This document shows positions 1 to 12,750 of a DNA stretch of 64,000 nucleotides, in pieces. Each line of letters opens with the position of its first letter. The first letter of the stretch is position 1. Under the pieces are notes generated by a model. It did not search any database and was not told where the DNA came from. It saw nothing but the letters and a program-made list of their open reading frames with translations. The translations under genes and the position numbers were made by a program. Where the stretch lies: assembly GCF_036365525.1 (NCBI RefSeq), contig NC_090375.1, positions 199,011,864 to 199,075,863 of the forward strand. Direction: 5' to 3'. Source of the DNA: Heterodontus francisci. Its lineage: Eukaryota.

Positions 1-85
1 GTACTTAGGTCTAAATCTCTTAGCAACTAAAATAAATAAAAAGTTTACATGAAATTACAACCATTTTATTGCAATATAAATTTCT

Positions 86-770
86 TCAGAAAGATGTACC
101 TCTGCAGTAGACCTCTGTGATATCTGGGGTAAAAAGGGTTAAATTTTGAGGGCAGGTTGCATAGACCTTCCCTTCCCTTGAATAAAGAAGATTAAGGGAT
201 GATCTGATCAAGGTGTTCAAGATGATTAAACATTGAAGAGGTAGATAGAGAGAAACTACTTCCTCTGGTGGGGGGAGTCCAGAACACGAGGACATAAGAC
301 TTGCAGGTTGATAGGTAAATTGGCCATTATAAATTGTCACTAGTATAGGTAGGTGGTAGGGAAATATAGGGACAGGGTGGGGATGTTTGGTAGGAATATG
401 GATTAGTGTAGGATTAGTATAAATGGGTGGTTGATGGTCGGCACAGACTCGGTGGGCCGAAGGGCCTGTTTCAGTGCTGTATCTCTAATCTAATAACCTG
501 AGACAGGCCGTTCAGGGGGTGATGTCAGGAAGCACTTCTTCACACAAAGGGGAGTGGAAATCTAGAACTCTCTCCCCTTAAAAGCTGTTGAAGCTGGGGG
601 TCAAGTGAAAATTTCAAAACTTCGATCAATAGGTTTTTGTTCGGCAAGTGTATTAAGGGATCGGGAACCAATGCACGCAGATGGGGGTTAAGATACACAT
701 CAGCTGTGATCTAATTGAATGGTGGAAGAGTTCTGTAAGGCTGAATAGCCTCCTCCTGTTCCTATCAACT
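86..770 (+). mobile_element. CR1/HER1 LINE 3' fragment, interrupted by an HE1 SINE
   Basis: CR1 C-terminal signature (agattaagggatgatctgatcaaggtgttcaagatgatt; cacttcttcacacaaagggg; gaatggtggaagag...ctgaatagcctcctcctgttcctat 3' end). Confidence 0.75.
297..494 (+). mobile_element. HE1-type V-SINE, 5'-truncated
   Basis: Near-identical to the 3' half of the SINE copies at 11293, 22391, 24528, 43394 and 63507; ends ctgtatctctaatctaat. Confidence 0.85.
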
Positions 771-819
771 AAACTACATTCATGGACCAGATTCCGATTA
801 AATAGCCACAGGCCTTGGC

Positions 820-1143
820 GAGTGTGCAGAGGAGGTTTACCAGAATGTTACTAGGCATGAGGGACTTCAGTTATGTGGAGGGACTGGAGAAGCGGGGGGT
901 TGATCTCCTCAGGGCAGAGAAGACTACGGGGAGATTTCATATTCAAAATCATGAAGAGTTTTTATAGGGTAGATGGGGAGAAACTGTTTCCAATGCAGTG
1001 ACCAGAGGACACAGATTTGAGAGAATTAGCAACAGAACCAGAGGGGAGATGAGGAGAAGTTATCTTCCAGCAGTGAGTTGTTAATCTGGAAGCAGATTCA
1101 AGAATAACTTTCAAAAGGGAATTGGATAAATACTTCAAAAGGA
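820..1143 (+). mobile_element. Degenerate CR1 LINE 3' fragment
   Basis: gtgcagaggaggtttaccagaatg (VQRRFTRM-like), gggagaaactgtttcca. Confidence 0.7.
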
Positions 1144-1344
1144 GAAACCGCACGTTCTATGACTCTATCACGAAAGTAACCGCCAATCTTATTCTGCATC
1201 CGTCGGTGCAACTCATCACAAAATTACTTCGGAAAAGAATTAAATTTGACACAAATCCCACCGAAAAACTCGAGTTTCCGATGAATGAGAGGGCGCTGCC
1301 TGTTTGCAAACTCTCATTATCAGAGTCTCTGTGAGTGGACTGAC

Positions 1345-1429
1345 CGTGTGCTTGGACCTGGATACCGGTGATGATGAGAAGACAAGCGATCCTGAGCAGG
1401 AGGAAGTGTGAGTGCGAGCGTGGAGCCAT
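1345..1429 (-). CDS. First coding exon (signal peptide MAPRSHSHFLLLRIACLLIITGIQVQAH+G) of an unidentified secreted or membrane protein gene; the rest lies left of the window
   Basis: Strong Kozak context (GGCG ATG G), hydrophobic signal-peptide core ending VQA, phase-1 donor G|GTCAGT at 1345/1344, inside a CpG-rich island. Confidence 0.7.
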
Positions 1430-1485
1430 CGCCGAGAGACTGGCACAGTGGAGAGCGGATCAGACCAGGTTGCCCAGGGTAGACC

Positions 1486-1518
1486 CACACACACACACAG
1501 ACAGAGAGAGAGAGAGAG
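1486..1518. repeat. Compound (CA)n/(GA)n microsatellite just upstream of the ATG
   Basis: cacacacacacacag acagagagagagagagag. Confidence 0.9.
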
Positions 1519-2194
1519 CACTCAGCAGGTGAATACTCCACTGAATCCACACACACCACAGGCGAGGAGAGACAGAACCGACGAGAGAACGAGGACTGGA
1601 AGCGGAGGGGAGGCTCGGCAGCGGTTTTATCCACACGACATTGTGCAGGGAGGGTGAATGTTGGAGTGATGTGAAAACTCACACCGCTCCGACAATAAAC
1701 AGGCGACCGATGGTGTGAAGCTCGGGAGGAAGTGAAGGAAGGCGAGCGGATCAAATCCCCTAACTTGTCACGCCGTTAGATGAATAAAACCCAGCTCAGG
1801 AACAGCCAGTACTGGGAATCCGATCCAACTTTGTTCCGAGCGTCATCTGATTTCCGTTTTGTTCTCAATGGGGGGGTTACCCCCCTCCCCGCGGTCTCTC
1901 GAAGTTCAGTTCACGGAATTTCCAAATACCTGGAAACTTTGAAGAGGCTCGGGCTCAGGATTCAGGGATTTGCACAAAGTGTCTGCCAGTGTCCGGGAAT
2001 GCCCGTTACAACAACAACTTGCATTGATATAGAACCTTTAATGTAATAAGACGTCCCAAAACGCCCGGGAGCAAAATCTGTGCTGCTGGTCCAAACTTGG
2101 TCCTCATAAAGTGAGCAACAGCCTCCACCATACAAGGAATAGACACTTGCTGGGGGCCAGGGTTTACTGTGAACTCAATATATATAATTTAATG

Positions 2195-2322
2195 TAAAAA
2201 CAGAAAGTGCTGGAAATACTCAACAGGTCGGGCAGCATCTGTGGAGAGAGAAGCGGAGTTAACGGTTCAGGTCTGTGACCTTTCATCAGCAACGTTAACT
2301 CCGCTTCTCTCTTCACAGATTT
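2195..2322. mobile_element. Penelope-like element terminal repeat (pLTR), inverted pair with a hammerhead motif on the minus strand
   Basis: atctgtggagagagaagcggagttaac ... gttaactccgcttctctcttcacagat inverted repeat; minus strand CTGATGA-aaggtcacagacct-GAACCGTTAACT. Confidence 0.75.
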
Positions 2323-3039
2323 GCAGAATTGTTACAGCACAGAAGGACATTCATCCCGTTCTCTCTGCGCCGGTTCTCCCAAAGTGTAGTAGGTGAAATA
2401 ACAGATAAATAATCCTGGTTTCAGCGCCTTAATGGAAATGATTGTCCCACTTTGGGGATTTCTCCGCTGATGAATTGAAAAAGTGTTAGACTGGTGCACA
2501 ATTTCCCCAATAATAACTCTTTCAAACTAAACGTGTGACCATGATGAGTTGAGATCCCTATTTGGACATTGAGTTCAGGGGTGTGAGTACACGCTGTCCC
2601 CATGTAGTGATCGATCACTGATCAGCAGATCCATGCGAAGTGTCGAGTGACCGAGAGAAAGGCGGCTCTCCCGTTCCAATGACCTTTTATGGAACAAGGC
2701 CCAGTGATCAGGAGATGTCAGGAATGGGAGGAGTGAGACTTCTGCTATTTCCTACAATCAACCCACACGGAACTCTTCAGAGAACAGCGAATATTCTGCA
2801 TTTTGTGTTTGATTCGAGCCGACTTCAGCTTCGCCTCACAGACTCTCGATCTTCCTGTCTGGTGGTGGTGGTGGGGAGAAAAGTCTGGCTGGAATTATTA
2901 CAGGTGCCGTCAACCAAAGAATGAAAACCAGCAAATCTTTATTAATTATATCTTCACCGTCCTGTAGCACCTTAGGAGGCAGGCAGTCCGCAGGCTGCTC
3001 TTCCCAGTGTCCTGGCAAGTTCATCCATCAACCAGCGCT

Positions 3040-3292
3040 GCTCACTCTCTGGGAGCTTGCTATGCCAAATTGCATTACATCAGTAACTATACTTCTAGAG
3101 TTTTGATGAAGGGTCACTGACCTGAAACGTTATCTCTGCTTCTCTCTCCACAGATGCTGCCAGACCTGCTGAGTATTTCCAGCATTTCTTGCTTTTATTT
3201 CAGATTTCCAGCCTCTGCAGTATTACTTCATTGGCCGAGAAGCTTTTGGGACATCCTAAAGTTGTGAAAGGCTCTATATAAATACAAATTCT
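3040..3292 (+). mobile_element. DeuSINE-like (SacSINE1/AmnSINE1-type) 3' part, interrupted by a Penelope pLTR (~3100-3223)
   Basis: tgggagcttgctatgccaaattg...tacttcattggc...ttttgggacatcc...gtgaaaggctctatataaatacaaatt tail; the insert matches the pLTR at 56382-56510. Confidence 0.65.
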
Positions 3293-3802
3293 AAGTAGCC
3301 ATATCCCAAGCCATTCTACACGACTCTTCCCACAAGCTCTCAGGCACTTGCCAACTTTGTTACTGTTGGTTTTTGAGCCAGTCCATAATACCAGGGCTAG
3401 TAATTCCAGAGTAGATCAGACCATTTGGCCAAGCGTGACTGCCCCAGGTAATAGTGTAAGTGTTGTACTATGAGACTGATGTTATCAAGTAGTGACTTGA
3501 TGAAAACTAATACTGGAAGTAAACAAGAGAAAAGAAAGAAATTAATCTAGTCAGAGCAAGGTGGCTGGGTCTGATAGCAGGGGCTTGGTTATCTTCACAG
3601 AATACCGGCTAGGGACTAGATCCACATTGAGACTACTGATGCAGTGATACTGTCGATATAAGCTCAATGGGAAAACTCCGGGAGTGGAGGAGTAGAGAGA
3701 TCTCGCAGTCAACATGTCTTGAAACTGAGCGCAGACAGATACAGTATAAAAAAGCCAACTGCAGTTTGCATTTTAAAAATGGGAGCTTTAAGAGTAAAAT
3801 AG

Positions 3803-4372
3803 CATTGCTGAAAAAAAGAGACATGCTGTCAAAGCTTTTCATCTTGCACTCATCAGGGCAGACACAAGAATGCCAAATTTCAAAGGGAGCAACCATTTAT
3901 ACTGCATGAGGGAAGGGTGCTGATTGGTTGGTAAGTCGACTCTGATTGGCTGAGGTGTTGCCATGGAGAATGCAGGGAACTATTGCCCCTCACACTTCTG
4001 TTAATTGAAAAAAGGCTCAAAGCCTTCCTTTTGCCTGCGGAGGACAGGATTCTGCATATGGATATATGTAGCTTCCAGCAAGCATAAGTGAGCCACATTA
4101 TGAGCTTGACTGATAAATTGGTTGTTAGTGCAATTCTTAGCACACTCGGGATTGTTCAGTAATTGCTGACCAATCGCGGAATCACATCAAAACATTCGAC
4201 AGCATATTCTGAGTTTTGCAAGTGCAGGCCGGTTGAGTAAGATCAGTACTCTGCCTATTGTGAGCAGCCAAATGGATATGCCGTTTGATACCATCTGCCA
4301 GTCACTGGACGTTGATGAATGTAAGACAAAAAGCTTTGACAGCATGTCTCTTTTTTCAGCAATACTCAAGTT
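3803..4372 (-). mobile_element. Second Penelope-like family: GIY-YIG C-terminus plus pLTR, with an inverted pLTR at the 5' junction
   Basis: Minus strand encodes CDSAIGQ..LNNPECAK...HLCLLEATYIHMQNPVLRRQK-like sequence; the terminal repeat tgctgaaaaaaagagacatgctgtcaaagctttt is mirrored at 4312-4372. Confidence 0.7.
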
Positions 4373-4409
4373 CTGTATTAGTGAAACAGAAATAATAAAT
4401 TTGTCTAAA

Positions 4410-4920
4410 GCATTTTTTAGGCCACCTTTTGAGATTGTATGCCGATTTGGATGCCTTGTATTCAAAGAATATGAAAGACAGAGAGAACGTATTATGTTGA
4501 TTCACCAAGATGACACTAGGGATGGGAAACTAGTTATGTGGAGTGACTTAAGATACCTGGATTTTTTCCATTGGCACAGAAAATAGATTTTTTAAATTAT
4601 GGGGAATGACTAATACCCCACCCAGAGGCAAGAGTAATAAGCAGCCTTGAAATATGAAATTCTTACCAAGAGTGAGAAGAGTGATTAAGAAAAAGTCTTT
4701 ACATAGATGGTCATTAAAGCATGGAATGCATTACCAAATGGAATAGTCGAGGCAGACAACATTTCATTTTTTAAAAGCAAACTGGGATAAATATTTAAAG
4801 CAGAGATATAGGGCTATGGGAAGAGTGGGGCAGTGGGATTAGTTTGGAATTGATAGCAGGCTATGGGGAGAGCATGGAGCACTGGGATAGTTTGAGATTA
4901 AGACAGGGCTAAGGGGTGAT
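4410..4920 (+). mobile_element. Old CR1 3' fragment
   Basis: ttaggccaccttttgagattgtatgccgatttgg (RPxLEYCxQFW-like), catggaatgcattacca; ~50-bp tandem duplication of the 3' UTR at ~4810-4915. Confidence 0.55.
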
Positions 4921-6199
4921 TTAATTCTGGAGTCATATTAAAGTTTTCCCTGGTTGAATGTGAAATGTCTGTCACACAGATGTGTAAGTGAGCAGTGAAT
5001 ATTATCAGGAGCAAACTGTTCTGTGCAAAGAGTATGGGTGGGTGATCTTATTGACAGAGTATTTGAGCTGAGCTAAACATTCACAGGGTATTTTTAATAG
5101 GATATTATTGATATGATTGGAAGACTCGCCTCTGCAACTATCTGCTGCATTACTTCCACATGAAATCATGTTTGGTTCTGATAACACTTGATTCAGGAGT
5201 TCCTCAGTGTGATGACCTGAAGTGGTGCATTACGGTGACATCATCCAGCGATGAAGAAAGCTGGAGTTACTCCAATCTTCACTTCCCAGAAACAGCTCAC
5301 TGAACACAGACCCAAATCTGACGCACTCCCGTTATAGTCCCTTTCTCGACTGGAAGTGGGGCAGTATTCACATTTAGATTAATAATTAGCATTAGCCAAG
5401 CCAATTGACAGGTGCCCCCTGGACTCCATGTGATGGTTTCATTTTTCATGATTTGAACAAATTCAACATATGAACCCAATAAATTAGTACCCCAATGGTT
5501 ACAGTAACACTCCTCAACCAACCAGCTACTCAATGCTAACTAATGTAAAAGGGCCACAAGGACAAGAAAAGACCATCCCTATCCATTGGGCTGACCCCAA
5601 CTGTCATGGAGCTCATGCTCTATTTTTGTCTTTCATCCTTCAATAGCTCTGTCTGCCAAAAAAATATTGATCACTTTCTTGAAACGTAGAACTTGCTCCA
5701 CTTCCACTACTGGATTAGATTTCATATTCACCTCCTGTATGTGGCTAAGTTTTATTTTAACTATTTCTTGCATAAACTGAATCTATGCCCATTTGTTATA
5801 CAGCTTATGTAAATGAGCATATTTGTGGAATCCAGTTAACCACTTCCCCTGAAAGTCTTGAACACCGCAGGAAAGATCAACTCTAAGCTGCCTTCATCCA
5901 GTGTAAGCATCCCTAGTGCCTATACTTTTTATTTGCCTCAAAGCACAGATGTTGAATCACATTTACTAACTTAGTGCCCTTCTTTCTGCACCTTTCAAGG
6001 CCTGGACCCTCCCCTCCCTATGGTTCAGTGCCTAGAACAACACACAATACTCAAGGAAGTGGAGAACCACTTTGCCCTTTCCAACTACCTTCCCTGCCTC
6101 AAACTTCCCTTTCTGCTCAAACATTATTGAATGCATCATCATCTCACAACTCCATTTCAACCTCTCCCCAAAACACACCATTGAAATCCCTTCCTATTC

Positions 6200-6910
6200 A
6201 GTTTCTGCTTTTCTCTCAGTACTGAGAACACCTTGGTCAAAGTTACAGATGACATCTTCTGTGATTAACTCATCATGGTGCATTATCCACCTTGACTTCT
6301 CTGTACAGTTCAGCATAGTTGACCATTCCAATCTCCTTCAGTAAGTCTCCTCTGTTGCCTCGCTCCATGGGAGTGCTTTTTAGGTGGTTCCACTCTTGCC
6401 CATCAAATCGGAGTCAGTGCATCTACATCTTCATCAATATCTATTTCAGACCCAACATCTTGTCCATCACCAAAGCTACTTACTTCCTGAAACATTGCCC
6501 TCTTCCAACTACCTCTCCCAAAACTTCACCAAAATCTTTATCCATGCTTTTTTCATGACAATCACGACATCACCCACCTTATTGGTCTCGCATTCTTTAC
6601 CTTCCATAGGCTATAACTTGCCCAAACCTCAGTTGCCTATATCCTGACCTACACTAGGTATGGATTGTCCAACACCTCCATCTTCACTGGTCAAGCAACA
6701 GATTAAATTTAAAAGCATCTTTAAATTGCTCCATGGCCTTTCCCCAAGCTATCTTTGCAATATCCTCCCCCGTATATTTGATCCTCAACTGATCCTCTGT
6801 ATATACCCCTCCCCTTCACCCCACAATTAGTAATTCATTTCCTTTATCAAGATCTCCCTCCTAAACCTCTATCTTTCTTCTCCTCTCCCTACCTTAAAAC
6901 CCATCTTCCC
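6200..6910 (+). mobile_element. Ancient L2-type LINE remnant
   Basis: cttgacttctctgtacagttcagcatagttgaccattcc (LDLSAAFDTVDH-like), catcaccaaagctacttacttcc, ctccatggcct; pyrimidine-rich. Confidence 0.5.
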
Positions 6911-9584
6911 CTCTTTCAGAACATTGGTGATCTTCGCTTCTCGTGATAGGACAGTTCTTCAACCTCACTAACTTTGCTAAATATCTTGGCTCGACAATAC
7001 AACTCAGTGATTGCTCCCTTCCTCAAGCTGAACCTCATCAGGCATCACTCCTCAACAAGATTCAAGCAGTTATACCCACTACAGAAGATCCTTGTCTCAT
7101 GACTACTCCGTGACCTCCCCACATTGTCTCTGCAGCCTCCTCCTCCATGGTGTGATTATCCACTCAGTTCACCATACACCCATTTTCTGTGGCTTATTAA
7201 CAATAACTTGCATTAATTTAGCATCTTTAACATGGCTGAATATCCCAATGTGCTTCACAGAGCCATGCAGAAAATTAAGGAACAATTAAAAGGAGTAAAC
7301 AAAAGTTTGGTCAAAGAGGTGTGAGTTTAAAGGAGGAGAGGGAGGTAGAGAGTTTTCAAGAAGGAATTCTAGAGAATGGGACTTAGTAGTTGAAAATGTA
7401 GTCACCAATGGTGGGCTAACAGACCCCAATGCACTAGTGGCTAGAGAGTCATAGGGAGAGGTTGGGGAGAATCATCAGACTGGAAGAGGTTACTTTCCTC
7501 CCTCGCTTCTCACCCAAGCTCCAATCCTCACAAACTCCGGTTTCCATCTCTGGTCTACTGTTGCTGTTCAGCACTTTACCCATGAGAGGAGTGGTGGGCT
7601 GGGGGGTGGGGGGTTGTTGCAATAATGATCAACTGTTTATCTTTTGTTGCTCTTGACTTCCTGGGAGAGAAAAAAGTCGCCCATGTGGTGAAGGAAAATG
7701 TGCCAGGACATCAGGTTGGCAAAAAGTTACAGGAAAGTGATAATGCGTCGAGGCTGAATGGGGAGTGTGTGCGTGTGGCCAATGCTAGAAATGTGAGAAA
7801 GGGAAGTAAGGATGCTGGAACTCAGAAAAAGAAACAGGGAATTCACAGCTGGTCAATCTGCATCTGAAAGGGAAAGAGGGATTAGGGAATCCTTCATCAG
7901 AAGAAATATCATGTGTTGCCAGAAAATCTGTGCAAAGGTCCACAGAGCTCCAAGTGAACCATCCTGTGGTCAGGTGAACTCAAAGGAGCTGTTCCAGTCC
8001 AATGAGTGTGTGAATAAGACCAGTGATAGTTAACAGCCCAGAGGTCAGAAAGCAAGCCCCTCATCTTCTAGGATTGTATGTTACTGGGCCATTTGATTTC
8101 TGTGAAGTTATAGACAGTCAACTCCAAGTGGACAGGTGTCATAGAATAAAACCACAGGATCCTAACTGGAAATAGGCAGTTGGAAGATTCTAAATAATAG
8201 CTTAAAATATACTTTGATAGTTGTGAAGGATTTCCTAAAGAAGCAACTGAATCAGTGATTTGGAATGGGCCACCCAGGGTGGAGATTTACACTCAGTAGA
8301 GAGTGGTGTTACCATGATACCTGAAGGCTGAAAGCCAACATTCCTCCAATAACTGTGGCCATAGATGAGGGTATCTGTCCAATAGTACCCTTGCCAGTCA
8401 CTGACTGACTCTGTGCCCAGAAGATTACACCCCATGTTCAGTGTCAAGGGAGGCAGTGCCAAGTATTGACAGACCAAATAAATTTAGGAATACACTAATC
8501 TTTTCTTCACATTTGTTGTGCAGACTCTTTGGAAAAGAACAAAAATCTGTTTTGAAATTTGCTTTGTATTAAGTTCAACTAACTAGCAAAGCAAGACTTA
8601 TGTCACATCGCTTTATATATCATCTCAGCTGAAAGCATGCGTCTGATAGGCTTTTCATTAAAAGACCCTTGTATTTTCAAACCAAGCCTCTGTTCTGCAA
8701 GAAAGTGAGCTGTGAGCTGGATTTCAACTTGAAGCAGAGATTAAAATGATCCTGTGTGGTGCCCTGTTCAGAGTTTCGATCACTCATTTCTTACATTGAA
8801 CTTAAATAGTAAGTTTAGAAGGGTGGATATTTATTTTTCAGGCAGTCAATATTTCATGAGCTTTCTCTACGCTACAAGCTAGAATGATGAGGCAGGGCTG
8901 CCTCCTGACACATGCCCATGTTTGGTGTTGGCGCAGTGAGATTTCTTTCACTGTAGGGCACTTAAATGCTGCTTTTTTGAAATTATCTTTATGTTCAATT
9001 GATGCATAACTCAACATGAAAACTCCAACCTTCACTACTGAAAGTTTTTTTTTAAAACTCTGGTCTCTTGGTCTCCCATCTTTAAGTTTTGGGATGAATG
9101 AAAAGGAGTTGAATGGCCTGCCTCATCCATAATTATCTTGTGATCTTGTAGTGAATATATATAGAAATATATATGAAAAGCATTTTTAAAAAGTGTGTTA
9201 ATGACTGTCATTTCTGAGTTATCCAAAGTACCTGGTATCTGCGCGCGCATCTCTGTATATGGGCATACAGATGTGTAAATTTTCAGTAAGACAGAAATGC
9301 ATACATAAGCATTTATTGCAATAAATAAATCACAGCTGAGCACATACACAAAATCAAATAATTCAAACTAGGGGAATGTACAAATACATGAATCAGATCT
9401 GGGTGTTCAGGATAACCAAATAAATCAGACCTGGGTGTCGGGATACATAAATAAAGCAGCCCTTTCAGAACTGGTTACTTAGTTCTTTTCCATTCCTGCT
9501 TTAAGATGGTGCCACAGTCTCAAAAACCTCGAACTATTGTAGCTGTTGCTATTGTCATTAACAAGAAACTCCACAAGCGAAAAG

Positions 9585-9995
9585 AGTTGGGTTGGCATCC
9601 TTCCGTCTATGAAAGATGACGGACACGCAGCAAACAATCCATTTAGGTGGGGTGTCTTCTCTTGGTGCACCTTTGCTGATGGCTCTGAAGGTCAATCCTT
9701 GAGAGGCGGTTTCTGCCACAAGTGCTGCACGTGAAGCTGCCAAGTGATGCCGTGAGTTGTTGCTTTTGATGTAGGCGCTTGTTGACAAGCTGCTGTAGCT
9801 ACTGGTCATCATGGTAGTGCACACCAGTCCACAAGATGTGTCACCATTTCCCTCTTTCATCAGCTCGTGTCTCCTAAGTGCGATAGTCGACATTTAGGGC
9901 CTTCATGTCACATTTGCAAACATCCTTGAAGTTGGGTACCCTACTGGTCATCTGGCCCCAGTTACATCACCATACAGAAGGTCCTTGGGTATTCG
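9585..9995 (-). mobile_element. RTE-clade LINE 3' end
   Basis: Minus strand encodes FTCSTCG...SHQQRCT zinc-finger C-terminus; the same 3' end occurs on + at 28055-28265. Confidence 0.65.
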
Positions 9996-10139
9996 ATCCA
10001 CCGAAACGAAAAGACAGGCTAATATTTTCTGCCTATATCTTGTGATCGAGTGTGATCCTTCTGATACAGTTTAAGCTCTTTTCACGACACTTTACCTTCT
10101 GTTCACAGATATACGGCAGTCTCCACAGCAGACTGGCTC

Positions 10140-10455
10140 TCTTTATACAAAACGGAGAAATACTGCGGATGCTAGAAATCTGAAAAAAAAACATGAAAAT
10201 GCTGGAAATACTCCACAGCTCTGATGAAAGGTCATTAACCTGAAATGTTAACTCTGTTTCTCCCTCCACAGATGCAAATCCTGGGCACACTAACCCATAC
10301 ACAACATGTACAAGGAGGCATGAAATACAGAAAATACTGGAAATACTCAGCAGGTCTGGCAGCACCTGTGGAGAGAGAAACAGAGTTAATGTCTCAGGTT
10401 GATGACCCTTTGTCAGACCTGCTGAGTATTTCCAGCATTTTCTGTTTTTTGTGTT
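10140..10455. mobile_element. Cluster of inverted Penelope pLTR fragments with hammerhead motif at 10221-10253
   Basis: CTGATGA aaggtcattaacct GAAATGTTAACT; inverted tgctggaaatactc/gagtatttccagca pairs. Confidence 0.75.
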
Positions 10456-10825
10456 TCTTGCAGACGTTGTGTGCCCAGGATTAACATTCAACCCCCAAGC
10501 ACTGGGGGTGCCCACCAAACTTTCCCACCCCTTCCTGAAGGAAAATACCACACTGCTAGACCAATGTCTACAGGCTAAAGCTACTTAGCCCAATTTATTT
10601 ACAGGTTAAATGATAGGGATGGCAAAAGACACACCAAGACACTGGAACAAATTAAGTTCACAAACTAATAAGACTTGAATTAGACTACAAGAAATGAAAA
10701 ACACATCTTAGAATGGTCTCCCTAACTGAGGCAGAAAAGCAATAGTTGGATGAAATTGTTAAGCTAACGAGATGTTGTGGTGATTTTCATTCATGCCAGG
10801 GAGGGAGGATCGGGGGAAGGGACAT

Positions 10826-11975
10826 CTTCTTTGGCAGGAAGAATAAAAAAGAAGCATATTATCTAAATGGTGAGAGATTGCAGAGCTCTGAGATGCAGAG
10901 GGATCTGGGTGTCCTAGTGCATGAGTCGCAAAAGTTTAGTATGCAGGTACAGCACGTAGTTAGGAAAGCTAATTGGATGTTATCATTTATCATGAGGGGC
11001 ATTGAATACAAAAGTAGAGAGGTTATGCTTCAGCTGTACAGGTCATTGGTAAGAAGACCACATCTGGAGTACTGTGTACAGTACTGGTCTCCTTATTTAA
11101 GGAAGGTTGTAAATGCGTTGGAGGGAGTACAGAGAAGGTTTACTAGACTAATACCTGGAATGAGTGGCCTGTCTTACGAGGAAAGATTGGATAGGCTCGG
11201 CTTGAATCTCCTGGAATTTAGAAGAGTAAGAGGCGACTTGATTGAAACATATGAGATCCTGAGGGGTCTTGACAGGGTGGATGTGGGAAGGATTAGATTA
11301 GAGATACAGCACTGAAACAGGCCCTTCGGCCCACCGAGTCTGTGCCGAACATCAACCACCCATTTATACTAATCCTACACTAATCCCATATTCCTACCAA
11401 ACATCCCCACCTGTCCCTATATTTCCCTACCACCTACCTATACTAGTGACAATTTATACCGGCCAATTTACCTATCAACCTGCAAGTCTTTTGGCTTGTG
11501 GGAGGAAACCGGAGCACCCGGAGAAAACCCACGCAGACACAGGGAGAACTTGCAAACTCCACACAGGCAGTACCCGGAATCGAACCCGGGTCCCTGGAGC
11601 TGTGAGGCTGTGGTGCTAACCACTGCGCCACTGTGCCGCCCTATGTGCCGCTCATATGTTTCCCCTTGTGGGAGAATCTCGAAGTAGGTGTCACTGTTTA
11701 AAAATAAGGGGTCGCCCATTTAAGACAGAGATGAGGAGAATTTTTTTCTCTCAGAGGGTCGTGAATCTTTGGAATTCTCTTCCTCAAAAAGCAGTGGAAA
11801 CAGAGTCTTTGAATATTTTTAAGGCAGAGGTAGATCTATCCTTGATAAACAAGGGGATGGAAGGTTATCGGGGGTAGGTGGAAATGTGGAGTAATCAGTT
11901 CAGCCATGAACTTGTTTAATGGCAGAGCAGGCTCGAAGGGTCGAGTGGCCTAGTCCTACTCCTAATTTGTATGTT
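10826..11975 (+). mobile_element. CR1 LINE 3' portion (RT C-terminus and 3' UTR), interrupted by an HE1 SINE
   Basis: ORF 10746-11315 RDLGVLVH...HLEYCVQYWSPY...RRVRGDLIETY resumes in ORF 11656-11877. Confidence 0.9.
11293..11641 (-). mobile_element. Full-length HE1-type V-SINE
   Basis: tRNA head (TGGCGCAGTGG A box, GGTTCGATTCC B box), V-domain ctgtgtggagtttgcaagttctccctgtgtctgcgtgggtttt, CR1-like tail. Confidence 0.9.
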
Positions 11976-12369
11976 TGTATGTATGTTCGTATGCTTCACC
12001 TGCCCAGACATATTGGCAGGAAGTCCGATTGATATTCGTGGCTGGTCTTTGTAAAGAAGGACCAATGAGTTACCAATGCTAATCTCCCACTTGCTGTGTG
12101 GGAGGGCAGGAAATCTGGTACAACAGCACCTTAAAGCGGCCGGGCGGAAGCGTTGGTGAGCGGGAGTGGTGATTCAGGAGCTGGGAAATCTATGGACTAT
12201 CCACAGCAGCAAGCAGATGAAATGATGGAATTTCCAAAGCTGCTTCCTACTTTCATCAATAAATTAGCAAACTACAACCCAATAGATTTCACACCTTTTG
12301 GAGGTGAGGCTTTTAAGTGCGTGGCAATTCTTTTATACAATTCCCCTATGCACAGTCCTATGCAATTTC

Positions 12370-12750
12370 TACAGGTCTCGTCACATCCTCAGAACTACCC
12401 AAAGCTCTTTACAGCTGATAAAATACTTTTGAAGTGTAATCACTGCTGTAATGTAGGGAAACACGGCAGCCAATTTGCACACAGCAAGCTCCCATAAACA
12501 GCAATGAAATAAATGACCAGATCATCCATTTTAGGTATTGGATTAGGGATAAATATTAGCCAGGAAGACCGGGAGAACACCTTTGCTCTTCAAATAATGC
12601 CATAAGATTACTTTTTTATGCCCACGAGAGGGCAGATAAGACAGCATCTCTGCAAGCGCAGCATTCCCTCAGTATTGCACTGAAGGGTCCGCCTTAGGCC
12701 GGCAGTGGCTCCTGAAACAACTGCCTTCTGACTCAGAGCCAAGAGTTCAA
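12370..12750 (-). mobile_element. DeuSINE-like SINE
   Basis: gaagtgtaatcactgctgtaatgtagggaaacacggcagccaatttgcacacagcaagctcccataaacagcaatg; tRNA-like head near 12725-12750. Confidence 0.7.

Larger units (their letters stand above)
1140..2080 (-). promoter_or_regulatory. CpG-island promoter and 5' UTR of the minus-strand gene
   Basis: CpG density clearly above the CpG-depleted flanks; non-repetitive; surrounds the signal-peptide exon. Confidence 0.6.

Noticed and set aside
1157-1344. Continuation of the 90-aa minus-strand ORF past the signal peptide
   Set aside because: A good phase-1 donor (G|GTCAGT) follows the signal peptide; the rest is probably intron read-through.
5283-5291. STAT5-like site TTCCCAGAA
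   Set aside because: Expected by chance every few kb and far from any J or enhancer context.
9375-9465. Imperfect ~37-bp tandem repeat (aatcagacctgggtgt...) as a CRISPR-like array
   Set aside because: Two to three degenerate units with no unique spacers, in a eukaryotic context.
11560-11641. tRNA-like sequences as tRNA genes
   Set aside because: All A/B-box sequences are heads of SINEs or of the LINE, with no complete cloverleaf.
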